Positions 55,213 to 64,000 of a stretch of 64,000 nucleotides of DNA are shown piece by piece. Source of the DNA: Bryobacteraceae bacterium (lineage in GTDB: Bacteria; Acidobacteriota; Terriglobia; Bryobacterales; Bryobacteraceae); NCBI GenBank assembly GCA_052325345.1, contig JBKQVG010000251.1, positions 1-64,000 of the forward strand, given 5' to 3'. Position numbers and translations under genes: made by a program. Numbering within the stretch: position 1 is the stretch's first letter; every line of letters starts with the position of its first letter. The notes below the pieces were generated by a model that saw only the letters and a program-made list of their open reading frames with translations, had not been told where the DNA came from and made no database searches.

Positions 55213-56685
55213 ATGACGATCTCCCGCAGACGGTTACTGCAAACGGCATGCGTCGGTCCGTTCGTGGCCCGCGCCCAAACCCGGCCTGACAGGCTGCTAA
55301 AGCGCGACTTCGGCCGGCTGAACTTCGAGGCGACCACCCTGGGTCTGGGCGGTCAGGCTTCCCTGCAATGGACACCCGAGGGCATGGACCCAGTCCCAAT
55401 CATCCTCAAGGCCTTTCACCTGGGCATCAACTACTTCGACACGTCAAACGCTTACGGTCCCAGCCAGTTGAACTACGGCAAGGCGTTCCGTGAGCTGCAC
55501 CTGATCCCCGGCGAACCAGGGTACAACCAGAAGCTGCGGGAATCCATCTTCCTCACCAGCAAAACCGGTCTCCGCTGGGCCAAAGGCGGCATCCCCAACC
55601 CCAAGATCCGCAATTTCGGCAACGGACCGGCGGGCTCGCACGCCGCCGACGACGTCCGGCGCACGCTCAGCCAGATCTTCGGCGATGGAGCGGGGAACTA
55701 TCCGAAGGGTGCGTACCTGAACCTGGTGTTGTGCCATGCCCTGGTCACTCCGGAAGAAGTCGAGGCCCTCTACACCGGGCTCGACAAGACCGATCCCAAG
55801 GCCGAGCACATCGGCACCCTGGCCGTTCTGCGCGATCTGCGCGATGGCACCAATCTTACCGGCCTCAATCCCAAAGAGGAAAAGGCGATCCGGCACGTCG
55901 GATTCTCCGGCCACAACTCACCTCCGGTGATGATCGAGATGCTGCAGCGCGACACGGGGAACCTGCTGGACGGCATGCTGGTGGCCATCAACGCCAACGA
56001 CCGCCTTAATTTCAACATGCAGTATAACAACATTCCGGTGGCAGCCGCCCGCAAGATGGGCCTCATCGGCATGAAGACCTTCGCCGACGGATCCATGTAC
56101 GGCAAGCCGCCCATGTTCTCCAACAACCCTTCGCACGTGATCCGCACGGTCGGCAGCCCGTCGCTCCCCAGCCATCCGCTGATCCGGTATTCCCTGACCA
56201 CGCCCGGCATCTGCACGCTGATCGTGGGCACGGGCCAGATCGACGACGACCCCAAGAAGTGCCAGTTGGAGCAGAACCTGATCGCCGCGCAGATCAAATC
56301 CAATGGCCTGTCGGTGTCCGATCGCCGCGCCATCGAGAAAAGCACTGCCACGGTCCAGGACGGCAAAACCAACTACTTCCAATTGCCGCACCAGGATCTG
56401 ACGCCGCCGCGGAACGTGGCGCTCGCGCAGGACTCGGCCGGCGGGAAGCGCATCGTCAAGCTGACGTGGCAGACCGCCTACGCCGGCAGCGAGCCCATCT
56501 CGCACTATGAGATCTTGCGCGACGGCCAGACGATCGGCCGCGTGGACTATCGTCCGCAAGTCGACAAGACCCCCTTCCTGTTTGAAGACAAAACCGCAAT
56601 GGCGGGCGCTCACAAATATGCGGTCGCGACGATAGACGCGATCGGCCACCGCGCCGAGGCGGGCGCCCTGACGGCGTCCGAGTGA
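55213..56685 (+). CDS. Aldo/keto reductase with twin-arginine signal and C-terminal FN3/Ig-like domain
   Basis: The start is at M15 (55213): MTISRRRLLQTACVGPFVARAQT. AKR core (LGLGGQASL...FDTSNAYGPSQ...). C-terminus: KLTWQTAYAGSEPISHYEILRDGQTIGRV...HKYAVATIDAIGH. Confidence 0.8.
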   Translation: MTISRRRLLQTACVGPFVARAQTRPDRLLKRDFGRLNFEATTLGLGGQASLQWTPEGMDPVPIILKAFHLGINYFDTSNAYGPSQLNYGKAFRELHLIPGEPGYNQKLRESIFLTSKTGLRWAKGGIPNPKIRNFGNGPAGSHAADDVRRTLSQIFGDGAGNYPKGAYLNLVLCHALVTPEEVEALYTGLDKTDPKAEHIGTLAVLRDLRDGTNLTGLNPKEEKAIRHVGFSGHNSPPVMIEMLQRDTGNLLDGMLVAINANDRLNFNMQYNNIPVAAARKMGLIGMKTFADGSMYGKPPMFSNNPSHVIRTVGSPSLPSHPLIRYSLTTPGICTLIVGTGQIDDDPKKCQLEQNLIAAQIKSNGLSVSDRRAIEKSTATVQDGKTNYFQLPHQDLTPPRNVALAQDSAGGKRIVKLTWQTAYAGSEPISHYEILRDGQTIGRVDYRPQVDKTPFLFEDKTAMAGAHKYAVATIDAIGHRAEAGALTASE

Positions 56686-56888
56686 CGCAGCGGCCAGGCG
56701 GCGCCGATTGGCAATCGGCGGCAGGATGCCATCCCGCCCCACACAGCAGCATAGCCGCAACCAAGGCGGGGGCTATCTCAGCGTTTGCGGGGAGCGGGAA
56801 AAGTTATGCGAGAGGAGCGCCGGGAAGAGTCCCGGCGTGGCAGACTTAGAGTCCGCTCCACGACACAGTGCAATACGTGCTTGGCGGC

Positions 56889-58436
56889 TCAGTGTTTGGC
56901 GAACATCGCCTGCACGTCTTTGCGCAAGGCGCCTTGGCTGTCGGGACGGCTATAGAACATGTGGCCGCCGGGATATTCCTGAACGGCGACACGCGCCGGA
57001 TCGCCCATCACAGGCATCTGGTCGACCGTGAGCACGGAGCCCATGAAGGGGCACGAGAGATCGTTCCAGCCGTGCGCGATGACGATGCGCAACTTCGGAT
57101 CGGCCGCAACCGCCTCCCGCAGGTCGGGCACGGCGCCCATGAGCAGGGAACGGCTGTCGCGATCCCACTGGTTATTGACGTCGTAGCTGAGCGTGTTGTA
57201 GCGCGCATCGGTCTTCCAGCCGACGACGCGCGTCACAAAATCCACCATCGCGGTAGTGGTCGGCGCGATGATGCTCTCGAGGATGGGATCGTTGGCGCGC
57301 TGTTCGGGGGCAAAAGGAAACGGGTCGTACCCGGTCACATTCGAGTCGTAGACGCTGCCGATCTTGCCGCTCTCGCGGAAGACCTCGCGCAGATAGGCGC
57401 GGGTGTCCAGGCGGCCGCCGGCCCGCCGCACGAATTTCTCCTCCAAGCCGGTCATCTCGGTCACGCGTTTCACGATGCGAGGCGTGGCCTCCGGATCGGA
57501 GCGGCCTTTCAGCAAGTCGGTGGCATACTCGCCGCGAGTGTACGCAATGACAGGCGCCATGGCTTCCGGGGTGAGCTTGTGCTGGCGCTCCAGGCGCGCC
57601 GCCGTGATCGATGGCAGCGTGAGCATCCAGGGAATGGGAGAGATGTCGCGGTTCTCGTCCAGCGCCGGATTCAGATACGGCGAGACCAGCACGACGCCGT
57701 TCATCGCCACGCCGAGCTGGGATTGGAGGTAATGGGTGATGCGCGGGCCGCGATAGCCGCCGTAGCTCTCTCCGACCAGATATTTTCGCGAGCTCAGGCG
57801 GCCGTTCTTCACCAGCCAGTCGTAAACGATGCGCGAGAGATAATGGATGTCGTTATCGGTGCTGTAAAACTGTTTCTTGGTTTCGTCGGCGGAAACCAGC
57901 GACCGGCTATAGCCCGTGCCGACGGGATCGATGAACACCATGTCGGTGAAATCCAGCCAGGTGCCGGGATTGTCGGTTAACTTGGCGGGATCGGACGGGC
58001 TGTCCCCTTCCTCGCCGAACTCGATGTGCTTCGGTCCGATGGCGCCGAAATTCAGAAAGACGGAAGCCGCGCCGGGGCCGCCATTCAGGGCGAAGGTGAC
58101 CGGACGGTCCTGGCCCTCGATGGTGTACGCGGTAAAGACCACTTCGGCAATCTTCTTGCCGGTGTTGTCGTTCACCGGCAGCGTGCCCACGAGCACCGTG
58201 TAGTGCAGCGTTTTGCCGTCGAGCTGAATGCTCTGCGCTACGTGCGCGTCGGCGGGCAGCGGAGCCGGCTTCTCGGCCGCTTTCTCTTTGGCGGCATCTT
58301 TCGCATCGGCCGGCGCCGCAGGCCCAGGTTTGGTCTCCTGGGCCACGGCAACGGAAGAGCCAAAGGCCAGCAGGAGCACGGCGAGGATGCCGGCATGGGC
58401 ATGGTCACGAACTAAGGGCAGCGGGATGGATCTCAT
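56889..58436 (-). CDS. Secreted S10-family serine carboxypeptidase-like peptidase
   Basis: The start is at M43 (58436), which gives a signal peptide. Motifs: LNGGPGAASVF and the catalytic-serine motif YLVGESYGGYRGP. Confidence 0.8.
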   Translation of the reverse strand: MRSIPLPLVRDHAHAGILAVLLLAFGSSVAVAQETKPGPAAPADAKDAAKEKAAEKPAPLPADAHVAQSIQLDGKTLHYTVLVGTLPVNDNTGKKIAEVVFTAYTIEGQDRPVTFALNGGPGAASVFLNFGAIGPKHIEFGEEGDSPSDPAKLTDNPGTWLDFTDMVFIDPVGTGYSRSLVSADETKKQFYSTDNDIHYLSRIVYDWLVKNGRLSSRKYLVGESYGGYRGPRITHYLQSQLGVAMNGVVLVSPYLNPALDENRDISPIPWMLTLPSITAARLERQHKLTPEAMAPVIAYTRGEYATDLLKGRSDPEATPRIVKRVTEMTGLEEKFVRRAGGRLDTRAYLREVFRESGKIGSVYDSNVTGYDPFPFAPEQRANDPILESIIAPTTTAMVDFVTRVVGWKTDARYNTLSYDVNNQWDRDSRSLLMGAVPDLREAVAADPKLRIVIAHGWNDLSCPFMGSVLTVDQMPVMGDPARVAVQEYPGGHMFYSRPDSQGALRKDVQAMFAKH

Positions 58437-58597
58437 GTGGCTACGATAGCGTAAAATGGGCGGCTTGCGGCTTGCCCCAGGCCGGCATCGACGGATTGGC
58501 CGCGCCACGGGGCGGCCGCTTCGCGTGGCCGAAGGCCGACCGCCGAGCACTGACAGCTTCACGTCTCCTCGCCTATAATCTGCGCCTATAATCGGTT

Positions 58598-59476
58598 ATG
58601 CGGAATGTGTCGCGCCGCTTATTTCTGGGAGCCTCTGCCGTGAGCGCATTCGCCGCCGAATACCGCATCATCGATCCGCACGTACACGTGTGGAAGCACG
58701 ATCCCGAGTATCGGTTCGCAGCCGGGGCCAGAGTGCCCGACCGCGACGCCACGCCGGAGCAACTGCTGGCGCTCATGAAAGCCAACGGGGTTGCCCGCAC
58801 CGTCATCATTCAGGTGATTCACTACCGGTACGACAACCGCTACCTGGCCTCGGTCCTGAAACGCTACCCCGGTATCTTTCAAGGGGTGGCGCGCGTCGAT
58901 CCGCTCGATCCCGCCGCTCCGGACCACCTGTCGCGCCTCACCGCGGATGGCTTTCGCGGGGTTCGTTTGAGCCCTTCCGGGGGAGCGTCCGGCGATTGGT
59001 TCCACGGCCCGCTGATGCCGCCGCTCTGGAAGCGCTGCCAGGAGTTAAAGGTCCCCATGACCGTGCTGGCGCCGATCGGCCGCATGCCCGAAGTGGGGTT
59101 GTTGCTCGAACGCACACCGGATCTCACCGTGGTGATCGATCACATGGCCGATTGCCCCGTCGATCAGCCGCTCGAGCTGGAGAAGTTGATCGCCCTGCGG
59201 CGCTATCCCAACCTGTTCGTGAAAATCTCCCACACCTGGTCGCTCTCGCACCAGAGTTACCCCTGGCTCGACGCGCAGGAACTGGTGCGCCGCCTGCACG
59301 CCGCGTTCGGCCCCGAGCGTTTGATGTGGGCCACGGATTGGCCAATTATCGAGGCCACGGCCACCTACCATCAAGCCTTGACAGTGGTTCGCGACGACAT
59401 GAAGTTTCTCAACGCCGAAGACAAACGCTGGATTCTCAGCAAAACGATCGAACGCGTGTGGCCTTTTGGCATTTAG
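58598..59476 (+). CDS. Amidohydrolase_2-family metal-dependent hydrolase/lactonase with twin-arginine signal
   Basis: MRNVSRRLFLGASAVSAFAAE followed by YRIIDPHVHVW (the HxH metal motif), ...VIDHMAD..., ...MWATDWP. Confidence 0.8.
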   Translation: MRNVSRRLFLGASAVSAFAAEYRIIDPHVHVWKHDPEYRFAAGARVPDRDATPEQLLALMKANGVARTVIIQVIHYRYDNRYLASVLKRYPGIFQGVARVDPLDPAAPDHLSRLTADGFRGVRLSPSGGASGDWFHGPLMPPLWKRCQELKVPMTVLAPIGRMPEVGLLLERTPDLTVVIDHMADCPVDQPLELEKLIALRRYPNLFVKISHTWSLSHQSYPWLDAQELVRRLHAAFGPERLMWATDWPIIEATATYHQALTVVRDDMKFLNAEDKRWILSKTIERVWPFGI

Positions 59477-59506
59477 CGCGAAGCTGTCAACTAACGGCGG
59501 CGCGCC

Positions 59507-59533
59507 CAACCGGCGCGCGGGAGGCGCCGGTTG
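59507..59533 (+). terminator. GC-rich hairpin downstream of the amidohydrolase gene (terminator-like, no U tract)
   Basis: caaccggcgc (59507-59516) and gcgccggttg (59524-59533) form a 10-bp perfect stem with a 7-nt loop. Confidence 0.35.
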
Positions 59534-59658
59534 CCGCGTTGAGAGCTATTGGCCGATTGAACAGAGGCAACGTGCGGATACGCACACCCTCGCCGTCCTC
59601 TTGTCCGGCTGGAGTATCCTCAGGCCGGGATAAGACGTCCTGATAAGCGGAGGGGTTT

Positions 59659-59979
59659 ATGAATATCCACGTGCGGATGCACCGCTGGGTTGTGTGGTGG
59701 ATCTATGTGGGCGTGGTCTGCGGTGTCGTCGCTCTGGTCAATATTTTTGGCCGGGACCTTTCTCGAGCGCAGGAAAGGCTGATTCTGCTGGTCGGTGTCT
59801 TGCATTGGGTGGTGGGAGGCCTGGTGTGCTACGCCTGCGACGCCATTCGAATCGACGGGGCGTCCGAGGAACCGGGAAACCGGGAACCGCCGAAACCGCG
59901 GGAGGGGCGGGAATGGCATCCCGCATCCGATTTTCTTCTCCCCGGAGGCAAGAAAAGCCTTCTGCCGCCGAGATACTGA
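59659..59979 (+). CDS. Hypothetical small membrane protein (2 predicted TM helices)
   Basis: WVVWWIYVGVVCGVVALVNIF and LILLVGVLHWVVGGLVCYAC are hydrophobic helices. I recognise no family and coding status is uncertain. Confidence 0.35.
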   Translation: MNIHVRMHRWVVWWIYVGVVCGVVALVNIFGRDLSRAQERLILLVGVLHWVVGGLVCYACDAIRIDGASEEPGNREPPKPREGREWHPASDFLLPGGKKSLLPPRY

Positions 59980-60089
59980 ACCCGGCGCCCGCCGGGGGGT
60001 TCAACGATGAAGTTGGGCGGCCGGCGCCTTTTGAACTCCTTTTTAGCGGCGGCGCGTAACCTTTTCCGCCTCGCACAGTATAACGGTCG

Positions 60090-62597
60090 ATGGCCGCCAT
60101 ACTGCAGGACTTCCGGTATTCGGTCCGCTCTCTGCGCAAGTCGCCCGTTTTCCTGGCCGTGGCCGTGCTTTCGCTGGCTTTGGGCATCGGCGCCAACACG
60201 GCCATCTTCACCCTCATTAACCAGCTCATTTTGCAGCCGCTTCCGGTGACAGATCCGGAGCAGCTCGTGATGCTGGCCGGACGCGGCAAGCACTACGGCG
60301 GCAACAACGGGCGGGATAAGATTTCTTACCCGATGTACCGGGAAATCCGCGACAAGAACCAGGTTTTCAGCGGTATGTTCTGCACCTACCCGAGCACGGT
60401 GAGCGCGTCGTTCGAAGGCCGCACGGAGCTGATCGGGGCCGATTTCGTTTCGGGCAACTACTTCCCGGTTCTGGGTATCGGCGCGGCGGTGGGCCGTGTG
60501 TTCCACGCTTCCGACGACCTGATTCAGGGCGGGCACCCGCTGGCGGTGCTCAGTTACGGGTATTGGCGCGCGCGTTTTGGCGCGGACCGGAGCATCGTAG
60601 GAAAGAAGATCGTGGTCAACGGCCGGACGTTGACGATTATCGGCGTGAGCCAGGCCGGATTCGACGGCGTGGAACCGGGCCGCGCGCCCCAGATTCGCAT
60701 TCCGATGACCATGAAAGACGACCTGCCGCGCGCGTCGGGTTACATCGGCCGTTTGAACGACGACCGTTTCCGCTGGACCGAAGTATTCGGCCGTCTCAAG
60801 CCCGGCATGACCATGGAAAAGGCGCAGGCGGGGCTGCAGCCGCTGTTCCACCAGATCCTGAACCGGGAAGTGACGGAGAAGCCGTTTGCGAAGGCCTCGC
60901 CGCTGGTCAAACGGGAGTTTCTGAGAATGTGGATGCAGGCGATGCCCGGATCGAAGGGTCGCTCCAACCTGCGGAGCACGTATGCCAAGCCGCTTTTTGC
61001 GTTGATGGGCATCGTCGGCCTGGTGCTGTTGATCGCCTGCTCGAACCTGGCCAATCTGCTGATCGCGCGGGCCTCGGCGCGGCAGAAGGAGATCGCCGTG
61101 CGCCTGGCGTTGGGCGCGGGGCGCGGCCGGCTCATCGGCCAACTGCTGGTGGAAAGTCTCGTGCTGGCCGCGGTGGGCGGCGTTCTGGGGGTTGGTCTGG
61201 CGGTCTTCATCGACCAGGCGTTGATCGATTTCCTGCCCTCGGGCCACACCCCGCTGTCGCTTTCCGCCACGCCGGATTGGACCGTTCTCGGCTTCACCTT
61301 CGCCGTCTCGCTCGGGGCCGGCGCTTTATTCGGATTGGTTCCGGCCTGGCAATCCACGCGGCCGCAACTGGCGAGTACCTTGAAGGACCAGGCGGGCGCG
61401 GTAATTCACGGCGGCTCCGCCGGCTTGCGCAAGGCCCTGGTGGTGGCGCAGGTTTCGCTGTCGCTGCTGCTGCTGATCGGCGCCGGATTGTTTCTGCAGA
61501 GCCTGCGCAACCTCAAGACCCTGAATCCGGGCTTCGAGGTCAAGAATTTGGCCGCGTTCGATGTCGACCCCACCTTGAGCCGCTATGATCCGAAGTGGAC
61601 CGCGGATTACTACCGCCGCCTGCACGAGCGGTTGAGCGCGCTCGCCGGGGTAGAGTCTCAAGCCTTCGCGGAGGTTCCGGTGCTGGAAGACGACGAGTGG
61701 GATAACTGGATTACCATCGAGGGCTATTCGGTAAAGCCGGATGAGCGTCCCGATCCGCACATGCAGTATTGCAGTCCCGGGTTCTTCAAGACCCTCAAAA
61801 TCCCGGTGCTGCTGGGCCGCGACTTCGACGACCGCGACGCCGCCGGCGCGCCCAGGGTGGGAATCGTGAACCAGAAATTCGTGAAGCGATATTTTGGAGA
61901 CGCCAATCCTCTGGGCCGCCACGTCGGCTTCGGCATCGACCCGGGGACCAAGACGAATATCGAGATCGTGGGCGTGGCGGGAGACACGAAATACGAAAGC
62001 ATGCGCGACGAAATTCCTTACGAACTGTACATTCCCGACACCCAGAAAGGGTTTGCGGACGGGGAAACGGTTTACGTGCGCGCGCAGGGCGACCCGGCCC
62101 GCCTGTTCCATACCCTGCGCGCGGCGGTGGCGGGAGTGGATGCCAGCGTGCCGATGCACGACATGCGCACCTTGGACGACCAAATGGACATCTCGCTGCT
62201 CACCGAGCGGCTGCTGGCCACGCTTTCGAGCGTCTTCGGGTGTCTGGCAATACTATTGGCCGCGCTGGGGCTCTATGGGGTGATGGCTTTTATGGTGGCG
62301 CGCCGCACGCGCGAGATCGGCATTCGGATGGCGCTGGGCGCGGCGCAAGGCTCGGTGATGTGGATGGTTCTGCGCGAGACCCTGACGCTGGCCGGAATCG
62401 GCGTGGCCATCGGGCTTGGCGGCGCCTACGCCGTAACGCGGCTGATTCAAGCGCAGCTATTCGGAGTCGAACCCACCGACCTGCTCACCCTGGCCGCCGC
62501 ATCGCTGGGAATCGCAGCCGTGACCGCGCTGGCGGGCTACATCCCGGCCCGGCGAGCGACGGCGATCGATCCGATGACCGCCTTGCGCTGGGAGTAG
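60090..62597 (+). CDS. ADOP-family duplicated MacB-like ABC permease
   Basis: MAAILQDFRYSVRSLRKSPVFLAVAVLSLALGIGANTAIF. Two MacB_PCD/FtsX halves. Ends IDPMTALRWE. Confidence 0.85.
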   Translation: MAAILQDFRYSVRSLRKSPVFLAVAVLSLALGIGANTAIFTLINQLILQPLPVTDPEQLVMLAGRGKHYGGNNGRDKISYPMYREIRDKNQVFSGMFCTYPSTVSASFEGRTELIGADFVSGNYFPVLGIGAAVGRVFHASDDLIQGGHPLAVLSYGYWRARFGADRSIVGKKIVVNGRTLTIIGVSQAGFDGVEPGRAPQIRIPMTMKDDLPRASGYIGRLNDDRFRWTEVFGRLKPGMTMEKAQAGLQPLFHQILNREVTEKPFAKASPLVKREFLRMWMQAMPGSKGRSNLRSTYAKPLFALMGIVGLVLLIACSNLANLLIARASARQKEIAVRLALGAGRGRLIGQLLVESLVLAAVGGVLGVGLAVFIDQALIDFLPSGHTPLSLSATPDWTVLGFTFAVSLGAGALFGLVPAWQSTRPQLASTLKDQAGAVIHGGSAGLRKALVVAQVSLSLLLLIGAGLFLQSLRNLKTLNPGFEVKNLAAFDVDPTLSRYDPKWTADYYRRLHERLSALAGVESQAFAEVPVLEDDEWDNWITIEGYSVKPDERPDPHMQYCSPGFFKTLKIPVLLGRDFDDRDAAGAPRVGIVNQKFVKRYFGDANPLGRHVGFGIDPGTKTNIEIVGVAGDTKYESMRDEIPYELYIPDTQKGFADGETVYVRAQGDPARLFHTLRAAVAGVDASVPMHDMRTLDDQMDISLLTERLLATLSSVFGCLAILLAALGLYGVMAFMVARRTREIGIRMALGAAQGSVMWMVLRETLTLAGIGVAIGLGGAYAVTRLIQAQLFGVEPTDLLTLAAASLGIAAVTALAGYIPARRATAIDPMTALRWE

Positions 62598-62805
62598 CCG
62601 GCCGCAATGAACTCAGACTCCCAGATCGGAATCACGCCACGGCCGAATGCCGCCCGTTAGCGGGAATTAACGCCCGGCGCGAAGCCGCAACGACAACCGC
62701 GGGCGAAAACGTCCGCTCCGCGACATCAATAACGCCTTTTAACTCCGCCAAGTCCGTGGATAGGCGCTAACCTGAATCTTTCAGGGCGAGGTTTTCGCTT
62801 CCGAT

Positions 62806-63492
62806 ATGGAACACTCTTCTCTACCCGCGGTGGAACTGGTGGTGCGGACCATGGCGGAAACGGCTGTAGCCAACGAGAACTACTTCAGCCAACTGGACTC
62901 GGTAGTAGGCGACGGGGATTTCGGGTACTCTCTGGCACGAGGTTTCGAAAAGGTGCTGGAGGGTTTCGAAAGCTTCGACCGCTCGAGCCCGGGGGCCTTT
63001 CTCAAGAAGATCGGTCTCACCATCGCCAGCCGGGTTGGTGGAACATCCGGTCCGATCTGGGGGACGGCATTTCTCCGCGCCGGAACCGTGGCCGGTGACA
63101 AGCTGGCGCTTTCGCACCGGGACGTGGTGGCGATGCTGCGCGCCGCGGTGGAAGGGATCATGGCCCGGGGAGGCGCTTCACTGGGCGAGAAGACGCTGCT
63201 GGACGCGCTTGTCCCGGCGATCGATCGCCTGGCGGCCGATCTCGAAAGCGACACCCATGACAACGGAGTTCAAGCGCTGCGGAACGCGGCCCAGGCGGCG
63301 GAGCGCGCAGCCGCCGAAACTTCGAGCATGATCGCCAAGCGGGGCCGGGCCGCGTACACGGGAGAGAGAAGCATAGGTTCTCCGGATCCCGGCGCGGTGG
63401 CGATCGGAGTGATTGCCGGCCGCGTGAGCACGGCCTGGCGCGACTACTGCGCGGCGAAAGGAGCGACTCACCATGAGAAAGTTTGTGAATGA
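62806..63492 (+). CDS. dhaL: Dihydroxyacetone kinase subunit L (Dak2 domain)
   Basis: LDSVVGDGDFGYSLARGF...GGTSGPIWGTAFLRAG...GEKTLLDALVPA...GRAAYTGERSIG. Confidence 0.85.
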   Translation: MEHSSLPAVELVVRTMAETAVANENYFSQLDSVVGDGDFGYSLARGFEKVLEGFESFDRSSPGAFLKKIGLTIASRVGGTSGPIWGTAFLRAGTVAGDKLALSHRDVVAMLRAAVEGIMARGGASLGEKTLLDALVPAIDRLAADLESDTHDNGVQALRNAAQAAERAAAETSSMIAKRGRAAYTGERSIGSPDPGAVAIGVIAGRVSTAWRDYCAAKGATHHEKVCE

Positions 63493-64000
63493 TCCGAAGC
63501 GGTTCGTGCCCGAGATGCTGAAGGGGATCGCCATGGCGAACCCCGCCACGCTGCGTTACGTACCGGCCTACAACCTGATTATGCGAGCCGATGCGCCCAG
63601 CGAGGATAAAGTGTCCATCATTCAGGGCTCCGGCTCCGGCCATGAACCGGCCCACGTGATGCTGGTTGGCAAAGGGATGCTGGACGCCGCCTGTCCCGGA
63701 GACGTTTTCTCGGCGCCTCCGGTCGACTACGTGTACGAAACCACGCGATTACTGAAGTCCCCGAAAGGGGTCCTCTACCTGGTCAACAACTACACGGGAG
63801 ACCGGCTCGCGTTTGAGATGGCTCGCGAGTTGGCCGAGGCCGACGGAATTCGCGTGGAAACACTGCTGATCGACGATGACGTAGCCGTGGTGGATTCGAC
63901 GCACACCGTAGGCCGCCGGGGCGTGGCGGGGAATTTCTTCGTGATGAAAGCCGTGGGGGCCGCGGCGGAGCATGGAGCGGCGCTGGACACGCTGGTTGCC
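63473..64000 (+). CDS. dhaK: Dihydroxyacetone kinase subunit K (Dak1 domain); the 3' end runs off the window
   Basis: Hand translation from the ATG at 63473: MRKFVNDPKRFVPEMLKGIAMANP...VSIIQGSGSGHEPAHVMLVGKGMLDAACPGDVFSAPP...LYLVNNYTGDRLAFEMA. The frame is open to the window end (176 codons) and is not in the ORF track. It overlaps dhaL by 20 nt. Confidence 0.85.
   Translation, partial: MRKFVNDPKRFVPEMLKGIAMANPATLRYVPAYNLIMRADAPSEDKVSIIQGSGSGHEPAHVMLVGKGMLDAACPGDVFSAPPVDYVYETTRLLKSPKGVLYLVNNYTGDRLAFEMARELAEADGIRVETLLIDDDVAVVDSTHTVGRRGVAGNFFVMKAVGAAAEHGAALDTLVA

Overview
GC-rich bacterial chromosomal segment. The gene content points to an Acidobacteria-like genome: three ADOP-type duplicated MacB-like permeases, one PadR partner, and a CarboxypepD_reg-type TonB receptor. 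This assignment is an inference from gene families, not from a search. Many long ORFs in the track are arginine-rich shadow frames of real genes on the other strand. Two real genes run off the window edges and are missing from the track: ligD (1-2241, minus) and dhaK (63473-64000, plus).

Core content, in order:
- NHEJ pair ligD/ku
- histidine kinase and OmpR-type regulator
- GAF sigma54 activator with a sigma54 promoter in front of a DHA2 MFS transporter
- a roughly 9 kb cluster of mostly Sec/Tat-exported sugar or sugar-acid enzymes, plus galE
- ABC-2 exporter
- the operon rfaE(II)-mfd-surA-like-yhaM-blaI
- two GT-C-like membrane proteins
- padR-ADOP
- TonB-dependent receptor
- a soluble MgtE-sensor-like protein plus an Nramp-related transporter with the Mg-type site
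- hemL
- a RAYT/REP element
- further exported hydrolases
- dhaL/dhaK

The main unusual signal involves toxin-antitoxin (TA) cassettes. They sit immediately after the stop codon of a host gene and are followed by a second, diverged copy of that gene's last codons, with its own stop. This occurs at two independent loci:
- after the Nramp-type gene, where three cassettes are separated by two extra gene-end copies
- after the ABC-2 permease gene, where there is one cassette and one extra copy

No recombinase gene is nearby. Several TA genes in the window are decayed: a frameshifted parE, a frameshifted hicB, and a truncated hicA. A comM 3' remnant lies beside the array. I saw no rRNA, tRNA or CRISPR array.
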